Positions 52,670-62,836 of a DNA stretch of 64,000 nt are shown here, piece after piece; position 1 is the first letter of the stretch, and every line of letters starts with the position of its first letter. Source of the DNA: an uncultured Nitrospiraceae bacterium (GTDB lineage: Bacteria; Nitrospirota; Thermodesulfovibrionia; Thermodesulfovibrionales; SM23-35); the NCBI GenBank assembly GCA_963727775.1, contig CAVSHB010000001.1, positions 800,001 through 864,000 on the forward strand, written 5' to 3'. The notes beneath the pieces are model-generated. The model was given only the letters and a program-made list of their open reading frames with translations. It ran no database searches and had not been told where the DNA came from. The position numbers and the translations under genes are program-made.

Positions 52670-53566
52670 CTTGTCGAACGGATAGGCCTTCAGGAATTTC
52701 AGAAATTCTTCAAGGGAGTTTGACGAGACCGAGTTTTTATTGACGATCAGAGAAAAATCTCTTACGATCTTCTCCTCTTTTATGCTTAGCAGGCGTAAGG
52801 TACCGTATTTACTTTCTTTTCTCGCAGCCCAGCGTGAAATTATCGATACGCCCAGCCCATTCTCAACAGCGTCTTTTATGGCTTCCGTACTTCCGAGTAT
52901 CCCGGATATCTTCATGTCGTGGACGGTAATGCCGTGTCTGGAAAAAAACTTCTCTATTATCTGCCGCGTGCCCGAACCGGCTTCCCTGAAAATGAAGGGT
53001 TCCTTTACTATCTCCGATATCGAGACTTCTTTTCTCTTTGACCACGGGTGACCGGGTGAGACTATCAGGAGCAATTCATCGGATAAAAGATTCATGACGG
53101 ACATCCTCTGTCGTGACACATCTCCTTCGATGAGACCGATGTCGATATTGCCCGCGTTAAGCAATTCAATGACCCGTTTTGAATTTCCGACCAATAGATA
53201 TATCCTTATCTTGGGATGTAAATTTCTGAAATCCGTAATAACGCTCGGCAGAAGATAGTTCCCTATATTTGAGCCTGCGCCAATGGTCAGACTTCCCTTA
53301 AAAAGACCCGTTTGTTTTGCGATTGCTTTTTCGGCAGAAGCATAGAGTGTGAGGATTTCTTTTGCATATTTATAAAGAATCTCTCCGGCAGTGGTCAGGG
53401 TAACCGTACTTGATGACCTATCGAATAATTTTGTTTCATATTTTTCCTCGATCGCCTGAATCTGGAGGCTTACAGCAGGTTGGGTGAGATGGATGATCTC
53501 GGAGGTCTTTGAAAAACTTTTTGTTTCGGCAACCGTGCAGAAGACTTTTAGTTTATGATCTTCCAT
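52658..53566 (-). CDS. LysR family regulator (CysL/YeiE-like)
   Basis: SFSK...LTQPAVSLQI, LFDR, REAGSGTR, GSTEAIK. Confidence 0.93.
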   Translation of the reverse strand: MEDHKLKVFCTVAETKSFSKTSEIIHLTQPAVSLQIQAIEEKYETKLFDRSSSTVTLTTAGEILYKYAKEILTLYASAEKAIAKQTGLFKGSLTIGAGSNIGNYLLPSVITDFRNLHPKIRIYLLVGNSKRVIELLNAGNIDIGLIEGDVSRQRMSVMNLLSDELLLIVSPGHPWSKRKEVSISEIVKEPFIFREAGSGTRQIIEKFFSRHGITVHDMKISGILGSTEAIKDAVENGLGVSIISRWAARKESKYGTLRLLSIKEEKIVRDFSLIVNKNSVSSNSLEEFLKFLKAYPFDKLLS

Positions 53567-53591
53567 TCATAACCTCCAGGAAAGAAGTTAA

Positions 53592-53987
53592 GAGTCAGAG
53601 CAGGGCGATAAGCCGAGTTCTGTGTATGTGGTCATTCATCTCAGGCCCGGCATTGCTGCCGGACTCTTGCGGCCATTACCCGTTCCGCCTCCTCACCAGC
53701 TGCAAGCCGATAAGGATTCGAAGGGGCCATTCTCAAAGCGGAACCTATTCGACCTTGCTCAAGGCGGGGTTTTCCAAGCCCGGAACGTCGCCATCCCGGC
53801 TGGTGAGCTCTTGCCTCACCTTTTCACCCTTACCCCGACATTTGTCAGGGCGGTTTCCCTTTCTGTGGCACTTTCCTTGGGGTCGCCCCCACTCCGTATT
53901 AAGGAGCGCCTTGCCCTGTAGAGCTCGGACTTTCCTCCCGGCCAAAGTTTATCTTTAACCGGGCGACCACTTGTCCTGCTCCGACCC
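53592..53987 (-). ncRNA. rnpB: RNase P RNA, class A
   Basis: GAGGAAAGTCCGAGCT, AGTGCCACAGAAA, GGGTGAAAAGGTG, ACAGAACTCGGCTTA on the minus strand; closing P1 GGGTCGGAGCAGG/CCTGCTCTGACTC. Confidence 0.96.
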
Positions 53988-54104
53988 TATAATTTTATTT
54001 TATCATTATATAATAAAAATTAAAAATTTAAAAGAGATATTTTTGTCATGGAGAGAATAAAAAAACATGAAAAAACCTTGCCAAGATAAGTCTTTAGTGA
54101 AAGT

Positions 54105-54821
54105 TTATTGCTGAGAGTCGTTTTTAAAATAGATAATTCTGCGGCATTGAGGGCAGTAAAAAATATCTTCGTTCTTTTTCATTTCAACAAAGAGCTGGGG
54201 GGGTATGTTCATATTGCATCCATGGCATATTTCTTCCTTTGCCTCCGTTACTGCAATACCCCCGCATGCTTCGCTCAAGATTGCATAAATATCATATATT
54301 TCTCTGTCAATCGTATCTACCAAAGTTGATCTCGTTCCCTTTATGCTCCGGAGTTCTTTTTCTGCTTCAGCTTTCTCGTCTTCAAGTTTTCTCTTGTTTG
54401 CCTCGATCTTTTCTTTGCCGGCTGTGAATTTTGCTTCTTCTGATTTGGATTGTTTGGATGCAGTGTCTATCTCCTCCATGACCGCGAGTATCTCGTCTTC
54501 TACTGAAGACCGGTCTTTTTCCATTGATTCTATTTCCTTGAGAAGCGCCTGATACTCTTTGTTCGTTTTTATCTCAGAGGTGTGCGCCTTTACTTTTACG
54601 ATCTTCTCGCTTATCTCATCTAATCGTCTTTCTTTATCGCGTTTCTTTTTTTCTAACAAGTCGAGTTTCTGTTTGGTATTAAGCAGGAAGGCCTGAAATT
54701 CCTTAAGAGGCAGCTCTGCCTCGGCTATCTTTGAAGGAAACTCATGAATGATGCGGCTTACAGTGAAAATCTTGAAATCAATCTGCTGCAACTCTATCAA
54801 GCGTTTAAGTTGTTCGTACAT
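54105..54821 (-). CDS. Coiled-coil C4-type zinc ribbon protein (DUF164)
   Basis: LIELQQID, TNKEYQAL, CHGC..NIPPQ, CPQCRRI. Confidence 0.9.
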   Translation of the reverse strand: MYEQLKRLIELQQIDFKIFTVSRIIHEFPSKIAEAELPLKEFQAFLLNTKQKLDLLEKKKRDKERRLDEISEKIVKVKAHTSEIKTNKEYQALLKEIESMEKDRSSVEDEILAVMEEIDTASKQSKSEEAKFTAGKEKIEANKRKLEDEKAEAEKELRSIKGTRSTLVDTIDREIYDIYAILSEACGGIAVTEAKEEICHGCNMNIPPQLFVEMKKNEDIFYCPQCRRIIYFKNDSQQ

Positions 54822-54860
54822 TTATCCCTTAATCCCTTCAATTTAAAGAGAGACAGTGTA

Positions 54861-54936
54861 TGGTGGGCCCACCAGGACTCGAACCTGGGACCAACCGGTT
54901 ATGAGCCGGTAGCTCTACCAACTGAGCTATGGGCCC
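54861..54936 (-). tRNA. tRNA with CAT anticodon, likely tRNA-Ile2 (lysidine)
   Basis: ACCGG-CTCATAA-CCGGT; fully paired GGGCCCA acceptor stem, no initiator features; located 3' of rpoD. Confidence 0.9.
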
Positions 54937-55038
54937 TCTTTAAGGCAGTCATAAGCTAAGAAATTAGAAGGATATGGTTAACATGTATATGACTCTCAAC
55001 TTATAACTTTTTACTATAAACTTATTAATGATTTAAGA

Positions 55039-56598
55039 TCAAGGTTTTTCGATAAACTCCCTGAGCCATTTGCTTCTTGAAGGGTGCTTTAATTTCCGTA
55101 TGGCCTTTACTTCTATCTGCCGTATCCTCTCGCGGGTAACTTCAAACTCGACGCCGACCTCTTCAAGTGTCCGGGGGGCGTCTTCCCCGATGCCGAATCT
55201 TCTCCTTATAATTTTTTCTTCTTTGGGAGGCAATGAGCATAATATCTTGTCGATTTTCTTCTTCATATCACCGCTTATAGTGAAATCAAGCGGTGACGGC
55301 ATTGCCTTATCCTCGATAAAGTCGCTAAGATGGCTGTCTTCTTCCCCGATGGGGGTCTCCAGAGAGATAGGCTCTTTTGATATCTTCAGGATCCCATCCA
55401 CTTTTGCTGCAGGTATTTTCAATTTATCGGCGATCTCAATGGATAAGGGTTCTCTTCCCAATTCCTGGACGAGTTCCCTTGACACCTTCGTGATCTTGTT
55501 GATCGTTTCAACCATGTGGACGGGTATTCGTATTGTCCTCGATTGGTCCGCCAGGGCCCTTGTAATCGCCTGTCTTATCCACCATGTAGCGTACGTGCTG
55601 AATTTATATCCGCGCTGGTATTCGAACTTGTCGACAGCCCTCATGAGTCCGCTGTTACCTTCCTGTATCAGGTCCGAGAAACTTAACCCCCTTCCCAAAT
55701 ACCTTTTTGCAATACTTATTACAAGACGTAGGTTGGCTTCTATTAGAGCTTTTCTTGCCTCGGACACCTCTTTCTCCCCCTGTGTGAGGACCTTTAAAGC
55801 CCGTTTTATCTCGGTAGTCTTCATGCGGAACAGGATCTCTTTCTTCTCGATCATCTCTTTGAAGGACTTGCGTTCTTTTTCCGCCGCTGAATTTGATTGG
55901 GCCTTTTTATTCAAAAAAGCGATTTTCTTCTGTATCGCCTCAATTTCAGCCGACGATTTTTTTAACTCTTCTGAAAACGCCGTTACAACATCGGCTCTCA
56001 ATTTAAGAGCGCATATTTTTTCAAGAATCCGGTTTCTGTTTTCTTCGAGCAATCCGATTATTGAAGAAGAACGTTTTGTGCCTGTCTCGTTGCGGGCGCG
56101 TTTCGGTATCTGTTTTGTCGCGTCAGAATAAGAATTGTCTCCAAGCTTTTTGAGATAGGTCATCCTTTTCTTGTTAAGAGAATCTATTTCTTTTGTGATC
56201 TTGTAAAATCTTTTTATCTCCAGATGTAGGTCTTCTTCCGTATCTTCTTCCCCGTTCTGAATAATCTCCGTCAACGGCGCCTCGCCGCTTTGGGACATCT
56301 TTCCGAGGGTTATAAGCTTTCTCAGAACAAAGGGGAGCGAAAATATTACCCTGTAAACTTTCTCCTTGCCATTTTCTATTTTTTTGGCTATCTCTATTTC
56401 GCCTTCACGGGTCAGCAGCGGCACGCTGCTCATTTCTTTTAGATAGATGCGCACAGGGTCTTTCTCGCCTTCTATAAAAGAGGACGGTTTCTCTTCCTCC
56501 TCAGAGGCTTTCTCCTCAGACCCGGCTTCAGAGAATAAACCTTTCCTTTCCTCGTCATACTCATCAAAATGCTCAAAATAATCGAAGTAGTGTTTCAT
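55039..56598 (-). CDS. rpoD: RNA polymerase sigma-70 factor
   Basis: [43 protein letters not shown]. Confidence 0.93.
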   Translation of the reverse strand: MKHYFDYFEHFDEYDEERKGLFSEAGSEEKASEEEEKPSSFIEGEKDPVRIYLKEMSSVPLLTREGEIEIAKKIENGKEKVYRVIFSLPFVLRKLITLGKMSQSGEAPLTEIIQNGEEDTEEDLHLEIKRFYKITKEIDSLNKKRMTYLKKLGDNSYSDATKQIPKRARNETGTKRSSSIIGLLEENRNRILEKICALKLRADVVTAFSEELKKSSAEIEAIQKKIAFLNKKAQSNSAAEKERKSFKEMIEKKEILFRMKTTEIKRALKVLTQGEKEVSEARKALIEANLRLVISIAKRYLGRGLSFSDLIQEGNSGLMRAVDKFEYQRGYKFSTYATWWIRQAITRALADQSRTIRIPVHMVETINKITKVSRELVQELGREPLSIEIADKLKIPAAKVDGILKISKEPISLETPIGEEDSHLSDFIEDKAMPSPLDFTISGDMKKKIDKILCSLPPKEEKIIRRRFGIGEDAPRTLEEVGVEFEVTRERIRQIEVKAIRKLKHPSRSKWLREFIEKP

Positions 56599-58316
56599 GA
56601 TGATATCCTTTTAACAAGTCTGCGCTTTTCTTTCAGCAATGCATTATGAAGTGCAACATCATGCGGTTCATTTGAGTCGGCCAATCTTTGCCTCTCCTCT
56701 CTTTGCCTCTCCTCAAAATCTTTCTGAATTAATACCTGTAAGCAGTCATCTATATTTCTGTCGACATGTTCTGCATCAAATCCGGGGTTTAACGACAGTT
56801 CGGTAATTAAGGTTTTATCCTCATCATCAGACTGGTCAAGGAGAGATGCTGCAGTAAACTTATCCGACAAGGTCCTGATTTTACAGAAGATTGATTTAAT
56901 GGTTTTATCTTTTAAGTCTTCGACGGAAAGTTTGGAAAGAACATAGCCGGCCTTCTCCGGACACGCAATAACAGCGCTAAGGAGGAGGCACTCTTCCCTG
57001 TTCAGGGTTTTCATTGCCGGGCCCAGTCCTTCTGCGGCAAGCGCGCCGGGTCTTTTTCTTATCCTGTCAAGTTCATTTCTCAGAACGGATTCGTTGACCC
57101 TCGATCTGTCGGCGAGTTCACGCAGCAGTTCATCCGCGATGACAAGGTCTTTAACGGCTGATATCATGCCGAGCGCTTCTTTTACAGCATCTGTTCTGTC
57201 TCCCTTTGCAGTGTTCAGGATGAAATATATCAAAGATACGGCATCGGCAAGCATCTTCTTGAAAGGTCCGCTTCCGTTTTTCCTTAAGAAGCTGTCTGGG
57301 TCTTCGCCTTTGGGGAGCAAGAGCACCTTTGCCTTGAAGTCATTCTCACACAGTATTGCCAGAGACCTTCGCGCAGCGGAAATGCCTGCATTATCACCGT
57401 CAAAGACCAGGACGACCCTTTGAGTCAACGATTTTAATTTCTGCAATTGCCTGGCTGTAAGGGCTGTTCCTAAAGGCGCAACGGTATTTCTAAAGTCATG
57501 CTGGTGGCATACTATAACGTCGAGATATCCCTCAACAATTACAGCATACCCCTTCTTCCTTATTTCGTCCTTGGCAATGTTAAGCGCGAATAGGATCTCA
57601 CCTTTTTTAAAGACCTCGGTCTCAGGGGAATTGATATACTTCGGCAACGCATCATCCAGGACCCTACCGCCAAATGCGATAATATCATTCCTGAGGTTAA
57701 ATATGGGGAAGATAACGCGCCCCCTGAAAGAGTCCCTGTATCCCTTCTGTGATGGTCCGTACCGGTCATCAGTATGGATAAGCCCTGCTTCTTTTAAAAA
57801 GGCTTCGGAATGTCCCATCTTTCTCATATATGTTAAAAGACCGTCCCTCTGCCCTGTTGCATAGCCTATACAGAACCTGCTGATTGAATCGTCGTCAAGT
57901 CCCCTGTTCTTGAGATAGGCAACTGCCGTCTTTGAATCCTGCAGGTTTTTCATGAAGAATTTCATGGCGTCTTCGTTTATACGGAGTATCGTTTCTCGTT
58001 TTTCAGAGCTTTCTTTATCGAACTTGAAATCTGTTATTGTTATGCCTGCCTTTTTTGCCATATACCGGATGGCTTCTCCAAAAGAAAAATTATCGTGCTT
58101 CATCAGAAAGCTGACTGCATCCCCACCGACGCCGCACCCAAAACAATGAAATATCTGCTTTGGCCGGCTTACCATAAACGAAGGGGTTTTTTCAGTATGG
58201 AAAGGGCATAGGCCTTTATAGTTCTGGCCGGATTTCTTTAAATTGACATAATCGGATATGAACTCAACGATATCTATCTTGGACTTAATTTCTTCAAGCA
58301 GCCTGTCAGCCTTCAT
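56595..58316 (-). CDS. dnaG: DNA primase
   Basis: CPFH..CFGC zinc finger, [24 protein letters not shown]. Confidence 0.97.
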   Translation of the reverse strand: MKADRLLEEIKSKIDIVEFISDYVNLKKSGQNYKGLCPFHTEKTPSFMVSRPKQIFHCFGCGVGGDAVSFLMKHDNFSFGEAIRYMAKKAGITITDFKFDKESSEKRETILRINEDAMKFFMKNLQDSKTAVAYLKNRGLDDDSISRFCIGYATGQRDGLLTYMRKMGHSEAFLKEAGLIHTDDRYGPSQKGYRDSFRGRVIFPIFNLRNDIIAFGGRVLDDALPKYINSPETEVFKKGEILFALNIAKDEIRKKGYAVIVEGYLDVIVCHQHDFRNTVAPLGTALTARQLQKLKSLTQRVVLVFDGDNAGISAARRSLAILCENDFKAKVLLLPKGEDPDSFLRKNGSGPFKKMLADAVSLIYFILNTAKGDRTDAVKEALGMISAVKDLVIADELLRELADRSRVNESVLRNELDRIRKRPGALAAEGLGPAMKTLNREECLLLSAVIACPEKAGYVLSKLSVEDLKDKTIKSIFCKIRTLSDKFTAASLLDQSDDEDKTLITELSLNPGFDAEHVDRNIDDCLQVLIQKDFEERQREERQRLADSNEPHDVALHNALLKEKRRLVKRISS

Positions 58317-59283
58317 TCAGCCCTGCAGGTGATCGTCTGAATCTTCTGAATCCCGAACATTCAATGATTTCTAATGCATCACCCTCGGATATCCTATCAA
58401 GGAGTAAATTCAACCCGATGTTGTCGCTTGATATATGGCCTGCCACGATGATATTCAGGTGGTTTTTCTCCGCTTCTTTCCTGTGTTCTTCGCTGATGTG
58501 CATTCCAACGATAGTGTTCACCCCGCTGTTGGTAAGACTTTCATAGATGTCCCTGGCCCCTTCTGTTCCGCCGGTCATATCTACGAATATATTCCCCGCT
58601 TTCCTTTTCTTTGAGCCAAGGAAGATTTTCGGTCCCGAGCCGTTCATGGCTGCCGTTTTATATTCGGGTATGCCATTGAGCAGATCAAGGACATCGGACA
58701 GAAAGTGCGGTTTTTGTTCTTCAAACAGTCTCTGGAGATAGGCCGAGACCATGTTGTCTGCCGGCGTATGAAGACACAGGAAAGGGATATCCATGAGCCT
58801 TGCCGCGTCAACTGCTCTTGTATGGTTGGCAGGCATCAGTTTTCTCTCCACTTCCTTTATCCTCCCATCCATGAGTCCCTCGGCGATATTTATGGGTACG
58901 CCGTACATATTCAATATATCGGACTGCATCTGCATTACGGCATAAAGGTTTGCGAAGGCCGCTCCTGAAGGGTGATGCGATAGGAGCAGGTCTATTTTCC
59001 TTCCTTTTGCTCTGAGGTTGTCCGCCAGAAGAATTTCCCCGACATCAATATCGATCCCGGCAAGGACAGCTGTAACATCGGAGTCATCGGGCCCGTGAAG
59101 AATCCTCGAATCGGCATAGGGGTTCTGCAATGACTCCATGTCAAAAAATTCTTTCTCATCGGGTTTGAGGTCTTCGAAATCTTTCTTTCTACGCTCAAGT
59201 TCCTTTTGAACGATATCTTTGCCTCTGGGGTCGTTTTCGATCCCTGCCGCTATGGCCTTTGTATAAATAACTTTCAGTCTCAT
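58306..59283 (-). CDS. NIF3/NGG1p-interacting factor-like protein
   Basis: SHHP, HTPADN, GMH, GHISSD. Confidence 0.85.
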   Translation of the reverse strand: MRLKVIYTKAIAAGIENDPRGKDIVQKELERRKKDFEDLKPDEKEFFDMESLQNPYADSRILHGPDDSDVTAVLAGIDIDVGEILLADNLRAKGRKIDLLLSHHPSGAAFANLYAVMQMQSDILNMYGVPINIAEGLMDGRIKEVERKLMPANHTRAVDAARLMDIPFLCLHTPADNMVSAYLQRLFEEQKPHFLSDVLDLLNGIPEYKTAAMNGSGPKIFLGSKKRKAGNIFVDMTGGTEGARDIYESLTNSGVNTIVGMHISEEHRKEAEKNHLNIIVAGHISSDNIGLNLLLDRISEGDALEIIECSGFRRFRRSPAGLNEG

Positions 59284-59343
59284 GCGCGTTCCAAAAGTTC
59301 CTTAACCTGCTGATTGATAGTCAAGTTTTTGCAGAAAGGACAT
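59280..59343 (-). pseudogene. yqeY: GatB/YqeY gene reduced to a start-end fusion
   Basis: MSFLQKL start (TAATG overlap with rpsU) joined to INQQVKELLERA* (ATGA overlap with the NIF3 gene). Confidence 0.55.
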
Positions 59344-59541
59344 TACCTTACCGCCATTCTAATTTTCTTAACGGCCTTTTTATGGGCAGCAACCGCCTTT
59401 TTTCCCTTTTAACGCTTGGCTTTTCGTAATGCTCTCTCTATTATTTACCTCTGAAAGAATCCCATCTTTCTCGCACTGTTTTTTAAACTTTTTGAGCGCA
59501 TTTTCGAAAGAATCATTCTCCCTGACCCTTACATAGGGCAT
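59343..59541 (-). pseudogene. rpsU: 30S ribosomal protein bS21 with two frameshifts
   Basis: [32 protein letters not shown], then HYEKPSVKR in a second frame and [19 protein letters not shown] in a third. Confidence 0.85.
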
Positions 59542-59657
59542 CCATATACCCACCTCTCCATGTCCAAAAATTTGTGTAATTTTAACAATTTGATAAATCG
59601 CCTGTCAATGTAAGTTCTGTCACGCCAACATGATAATGTCCTAATTAAGCAAATTAG

Positions 59658-61307
59658 CCCACATAATTCATAAAATTTTGGCATATGAGATTATTGGTGG
59701 GTTTTTGAGTCAAACGAAGACAATAGAAGACTATTGCGAAGCAGTTTTATAGACGAGTCACGATCTGATCCCGTAAAATCAGACGGAGAAGGGCTTCGTG
59801 GCAGTTTTTAAGCGCACTTCACCATTGAGGACATTTCCTGTTGAAGTTTTTCCGTAAGAAAATGTTCAGGTCGTATCAGCAGCAAGCCGATGATATACTA
59901 ATGCAAAGATTTTCTTCCAGGGATAGCCACTGGCTAAGCGAAACCATACCCGTCGGGCTGTCTGGATTACCTGGGCTCCAATCTTCAGAAGCCTCAGCCT
60001 TAACTGCTGTATCTGCATTGAGGCAAATTCTGTTTTCTGAAGAGCTTCCCTGAGCCTCAGAACAAGCCAGTACGCCGCCATATGCAGGAAGAGTCTGAAC
60101 TGGTTGGCAACAAAGCGATGACAACTCAACCGGTCTGCCTTGAGCCCATTTTTAAACTCGTCAATCCGTACCTCACAGGTACCGCCACGCTCGGTGTAAA
60201 ACTCATAGAGTTCTTTTGGTTCATAGGAGAGGTTGGTTACGACAAAACGACGGTTAGGTCCCTGTATCAGCCATTCAGCCTTCATGATAACCCGTCGCTC
60301 TTTCGGCCAACTCTGCGCCTGATATAATCCCTCTGTAAACATCCTCTGTTTTTGTCCTGTTTCCGTATACTGCTTATGCGCTTTCTTGAGAATGGCTTCG
60401 ATCATCCGCTCAAGCACATCATTACGGATCAGACCGATCATATATTTGAGACCCTCTTCTTCACAGTATTCATATAACTCTGGTACTGCAAATCCAGCAT
60501 CGCCACGGACGATGATCTCTGTTTTTGGAAACGCCTCCTTAAGTTTCGGAATGATCCGCTTGAGGATCGACACCGCTCCATAACTGGCATGCCGGTTACC
60601 AGCTCTGAGGGCCGCTGTTATCAGTTGCCCTGTGTCAGCATCGTAGATTACAAGCGGATGGTACATGTATTGGTCATAGTAGCCATGAAAGAACGTCAAC
60701 TGCTGATTGCCGTATGTCGGATCGTCCGTCCCATCAAGGTCCAGAATAATCCTTTTTGGCTTTCTCTTCCGGTTCCGACGAATGTAAAGATTAATAAAAT
60801 ATTCTCCTATCCTGTATAGATCGTTCCGGGTGATTGCGTTTTCCAAGCGTGACAAGGTGGGCTGTGAGCCAAGATCTTCATCGCTCAACTTCCGTCCACA
60901 GGCTGTCTTCAGTGCTGGATCTTTTCTTACTATGTTTGCATCGTTACAGTCCTCATACCCAGCAACGATTTGATATGTCCGCTGACGTAACAGTGTCTCC
61001 AGATTGTGATCGGTGTAACGGTTGTCTCTTCGGTCTGTAATACATCCTGCCATCCCTGTTATCAACCGCAAAGCATTGTCTGCTTGCCTCACCAGCAACA
61101 AGCCCGAATCAGAGGTTATCTCCCCTCCCTTAAAATCTACCGTTATTTTTTGCTTCCGTATGAATGAAAAGGTGAGCTGTTTTGTGATACACTCTGTCAT
61201 ATAGCCAACCATCCTTTCTTTGGTTTTGAGCTCTCGTAAACTCAATAATACCAAAGGTCTTAGGATTGTTGGCTATTTTTTTAGGCAGAATTTATGAATA
61301 ATCTGGG
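59658..61307 (-). mobile_element. IS1380 family element B (1650 bp)
   Basis: IRs CCCACATAATTCATAAA / CCCAGATTATTCATAAA (rc); TTAG duplication at 59654-59657 and 61308-61311. Confidence 0.9.
59866..61200 (-). CDS. IS1380 family DDE transposase
   Basis: FKGGEITSDSG, GYEDCND, SQPTLSRLEN, LDLDGTDDP, RGDAGF, EVRIDEFK. Confidence 0.93.
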   Translation of the reverse strand: MTECITKQLTFSFIRKQKITVDFKGGEITSDSGLLLVRQADNALRLITGMAGCITDRRDNRYTDHNLETLLRQRTYQIVAGYEDCNDANIVRKDPALKTACGRKLSDEDLGSQPTLSRLENAITRNDLYRIGEYFINLYIRRNRKRKPKRIILDLDGTDDPTYGNQQLTFFHGYYDQYMYHPLVIYDADTGQLITAALRAGNRHASYGAVSILKRIIPKLKEAFPKTEIIVRGDAGFAVPELYEYCEEEGLKYMIGLIRNDVLERMIEAILKKAHKQYTETGQKQRMFTEGLYQAQSWPKERRVIMKAEWLIQGPNRRFVVTNLSYEPKELYEFYTERGGTCEVRIDEFKNGLKADRLSCHRFVANQFRLFLHMAAYWLVLRLREALQKTEFASMQIQQLRLRLLKIGAQVIQTARRVWFRLASGYPWKKIFALVYHRLAADTT

Positions 61308-61362
61308 TTAGAAATGTCCGGTTTTAGAGGTGCTACAATGCTCTTTTGTGAAGGAGGGCATA

Positions 61363-62643
61363 ATGGCAGGAAAGGACATTATCATGCTAAGCCAGCAGGA
61401 CCTGAAGCGGCTTCATGTTATCGAGAAGGTGCATGAAGGGGCAATCAAGCAGGTAAGTGCAGCACCGTTGCTTTCGTTGAGCACTCGCCAGATACGGCGA
61501 CTACTCAGCCGGATAAGGAAGGAGGGTCAGCGTGGCATAGTTCACCAATCCAGGGGGAAGCCTTCCAACAGGAGATATCCTGATACGGTAAAGAATAAGG
61601 CGATAGCGCTTTATCGACAGAGGTATCGGGGATTTGGTCCAACCCTGGCTGCAGAGAAGCTCTCTGAGGAGAACGGCATCAGGATAACCGATGAGACCTT
61701 ACGGAAGTGGCTGATAGCGTCTGGGGACTGGCAGAAGGCCCGCAAAAAGTCAGTACACCGTCAGTGGAGGGAGCGGAAGCAGCACTGCGGGGCGATGGTG
61801 CAGATGGACGGCTCTCATCACGACTGGTTTGAGGGTAGAGGTCCCAAGTGCGTCCTCATGGGTTACATCGACGATGCCACAAACAGGGCCTATGGCAGGT
61901 TTTATGAATATGAAGGGACTATGCCGGCAATGGACGGCTTTAAACGCTACATCAAGAAGCATGGGATACCCCTGCGCGTCTACTTGGATAAGCACGGAGC
62001 CTATAAATCAAACGGCAAGCCGACGATTGAGGAAGAATTGCAAGGGATTGGACCACTCAGTGAGTTTGAGCGGGCTTTAAGTGAACTCGCAGTAGAGGTC
62101 ATCAATGCCAACTCTCCACAGGCAAAGGGCAGGATTGAGAGGTTCTTTGGCACCCTTCAGGACAGACTGGTGAAAGAGATGCGCTTAAAGAACATTACGT
62201 CCATAAAAGAGGCAAACACATTCCTTGATCAGTATTGGCCCGCTTACAACAGAAGGTTTGCCGTCAGGCCGGTGCGCAAAGAAGATCTCCACCGCGACAT
62301 TCCCCAAGGACTAACCCTTGACAATGTTTTTTGCGTAAAGACCAAAAGAACGCTCCGCAATGACTTTACCGTAGCTCACAATAGGAAACTCTATCAGGTA
62401 CATAGCCATGTCCGTGCCTCGGCAGTAGTTGTTCAAGACAGACTGGATGGTTCCATGGTCATAACGCATAAGGATAGACCATTGCAATTCACGGAGATCG
62501 CCTCGCGACCAGTGAAAGAAAAGAAGCTCTCACTCCAATCCCATAGAAAGATCATCCGTCCGACACAACACCACCCTTGGAAAAACCTTAAGTTCGGCAA
62601 ACGCCGACATGAACAAGGACACCTCATAGGATCACTATCATGA
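61363..62643 (+). CDS. IS1202/IS481-like integrase-core transposase
   Basis: N-terminal HTH, FGPTLAAEKL, QMDGSHHDW, IDDAT, YLDKH, PQAKGRIER...QDRL. Confidence 0.93.
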   Translation: MAGKDIIMLSQQDLKRLHVIEKVHEGAIKQVSAAPLLSLSTRQIRRLLSRIRKEGQRGIVHQSRGKPSNRRYPDTVKNKAIALYRQRYRGFGPTLAAEKLSEENGIRITDETLRKWLIASGDWQKARKKSVHRQWRERKQHCGAMVQMDGSHHDWFEGRGPKCVLMGYIDDATNRAYGRFYEYEGTMPAMDGFKRYIKKHGIPLRVYLDKHGAYKSNGKPTIEEELQGIGPLSEFERALSELAVEVINANSPQAKGRIERFFGTLQDRLVKEMRLKNITSIKEANTFLDQYWPAYNRRFAVRPVRKEDLHRDIPQGLTLDNVFCVKTKRTLRNDFTVAHNRKLYQVHSHVRASAVVVQDRLDGSMVITHKDRPLQFTEIASRPVKEKKLSLQSHRKIIRPTQHHPWKNLKFGKRRHEQGHLIGSLS

Positions 62644-62836
62644 AAACCGGACATTTCTATTTTGGTAAAAACCGGACATTTCTATTTTGGCTTGACACTG
62701 TCAATGTAAGTTCTTGCAAAATTTGGGTTCTTATGATAGATTTATTACGGCTTCAGGATACATGGGGGGTTCGGACTTAGTCCTTGAGTTTTCTTTTATT
62801 AAATATCTTTATAAAAAATTGCAGACGGAGTTTCAT

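Larger units (their letters stand above)
59618..62697 (+). mobile_element. IS1202-type (IS481-like) element containing a nested IS1380
   Basis: TGTCA...TGACA ends with repeated AATGTCC / GGACATTTCTATTTTGG sites; 16-bp direct repeat CTGTCAATGTAAGTTC at 59602-59617 and 62698-62713. Confidence 0.9.

Noticed and set aside
53509..53958. ORFs of 149, 99 and 66 aa
   Set aside because: They overlap the RNase P RNA gene.
54861..54936. Initiator tRNA-Met
   Set aside because: No C1:A72 mismatch and no three G:C anticodon-stem pairs; Ile2 is favoured, elongator Met is not fully excluded.
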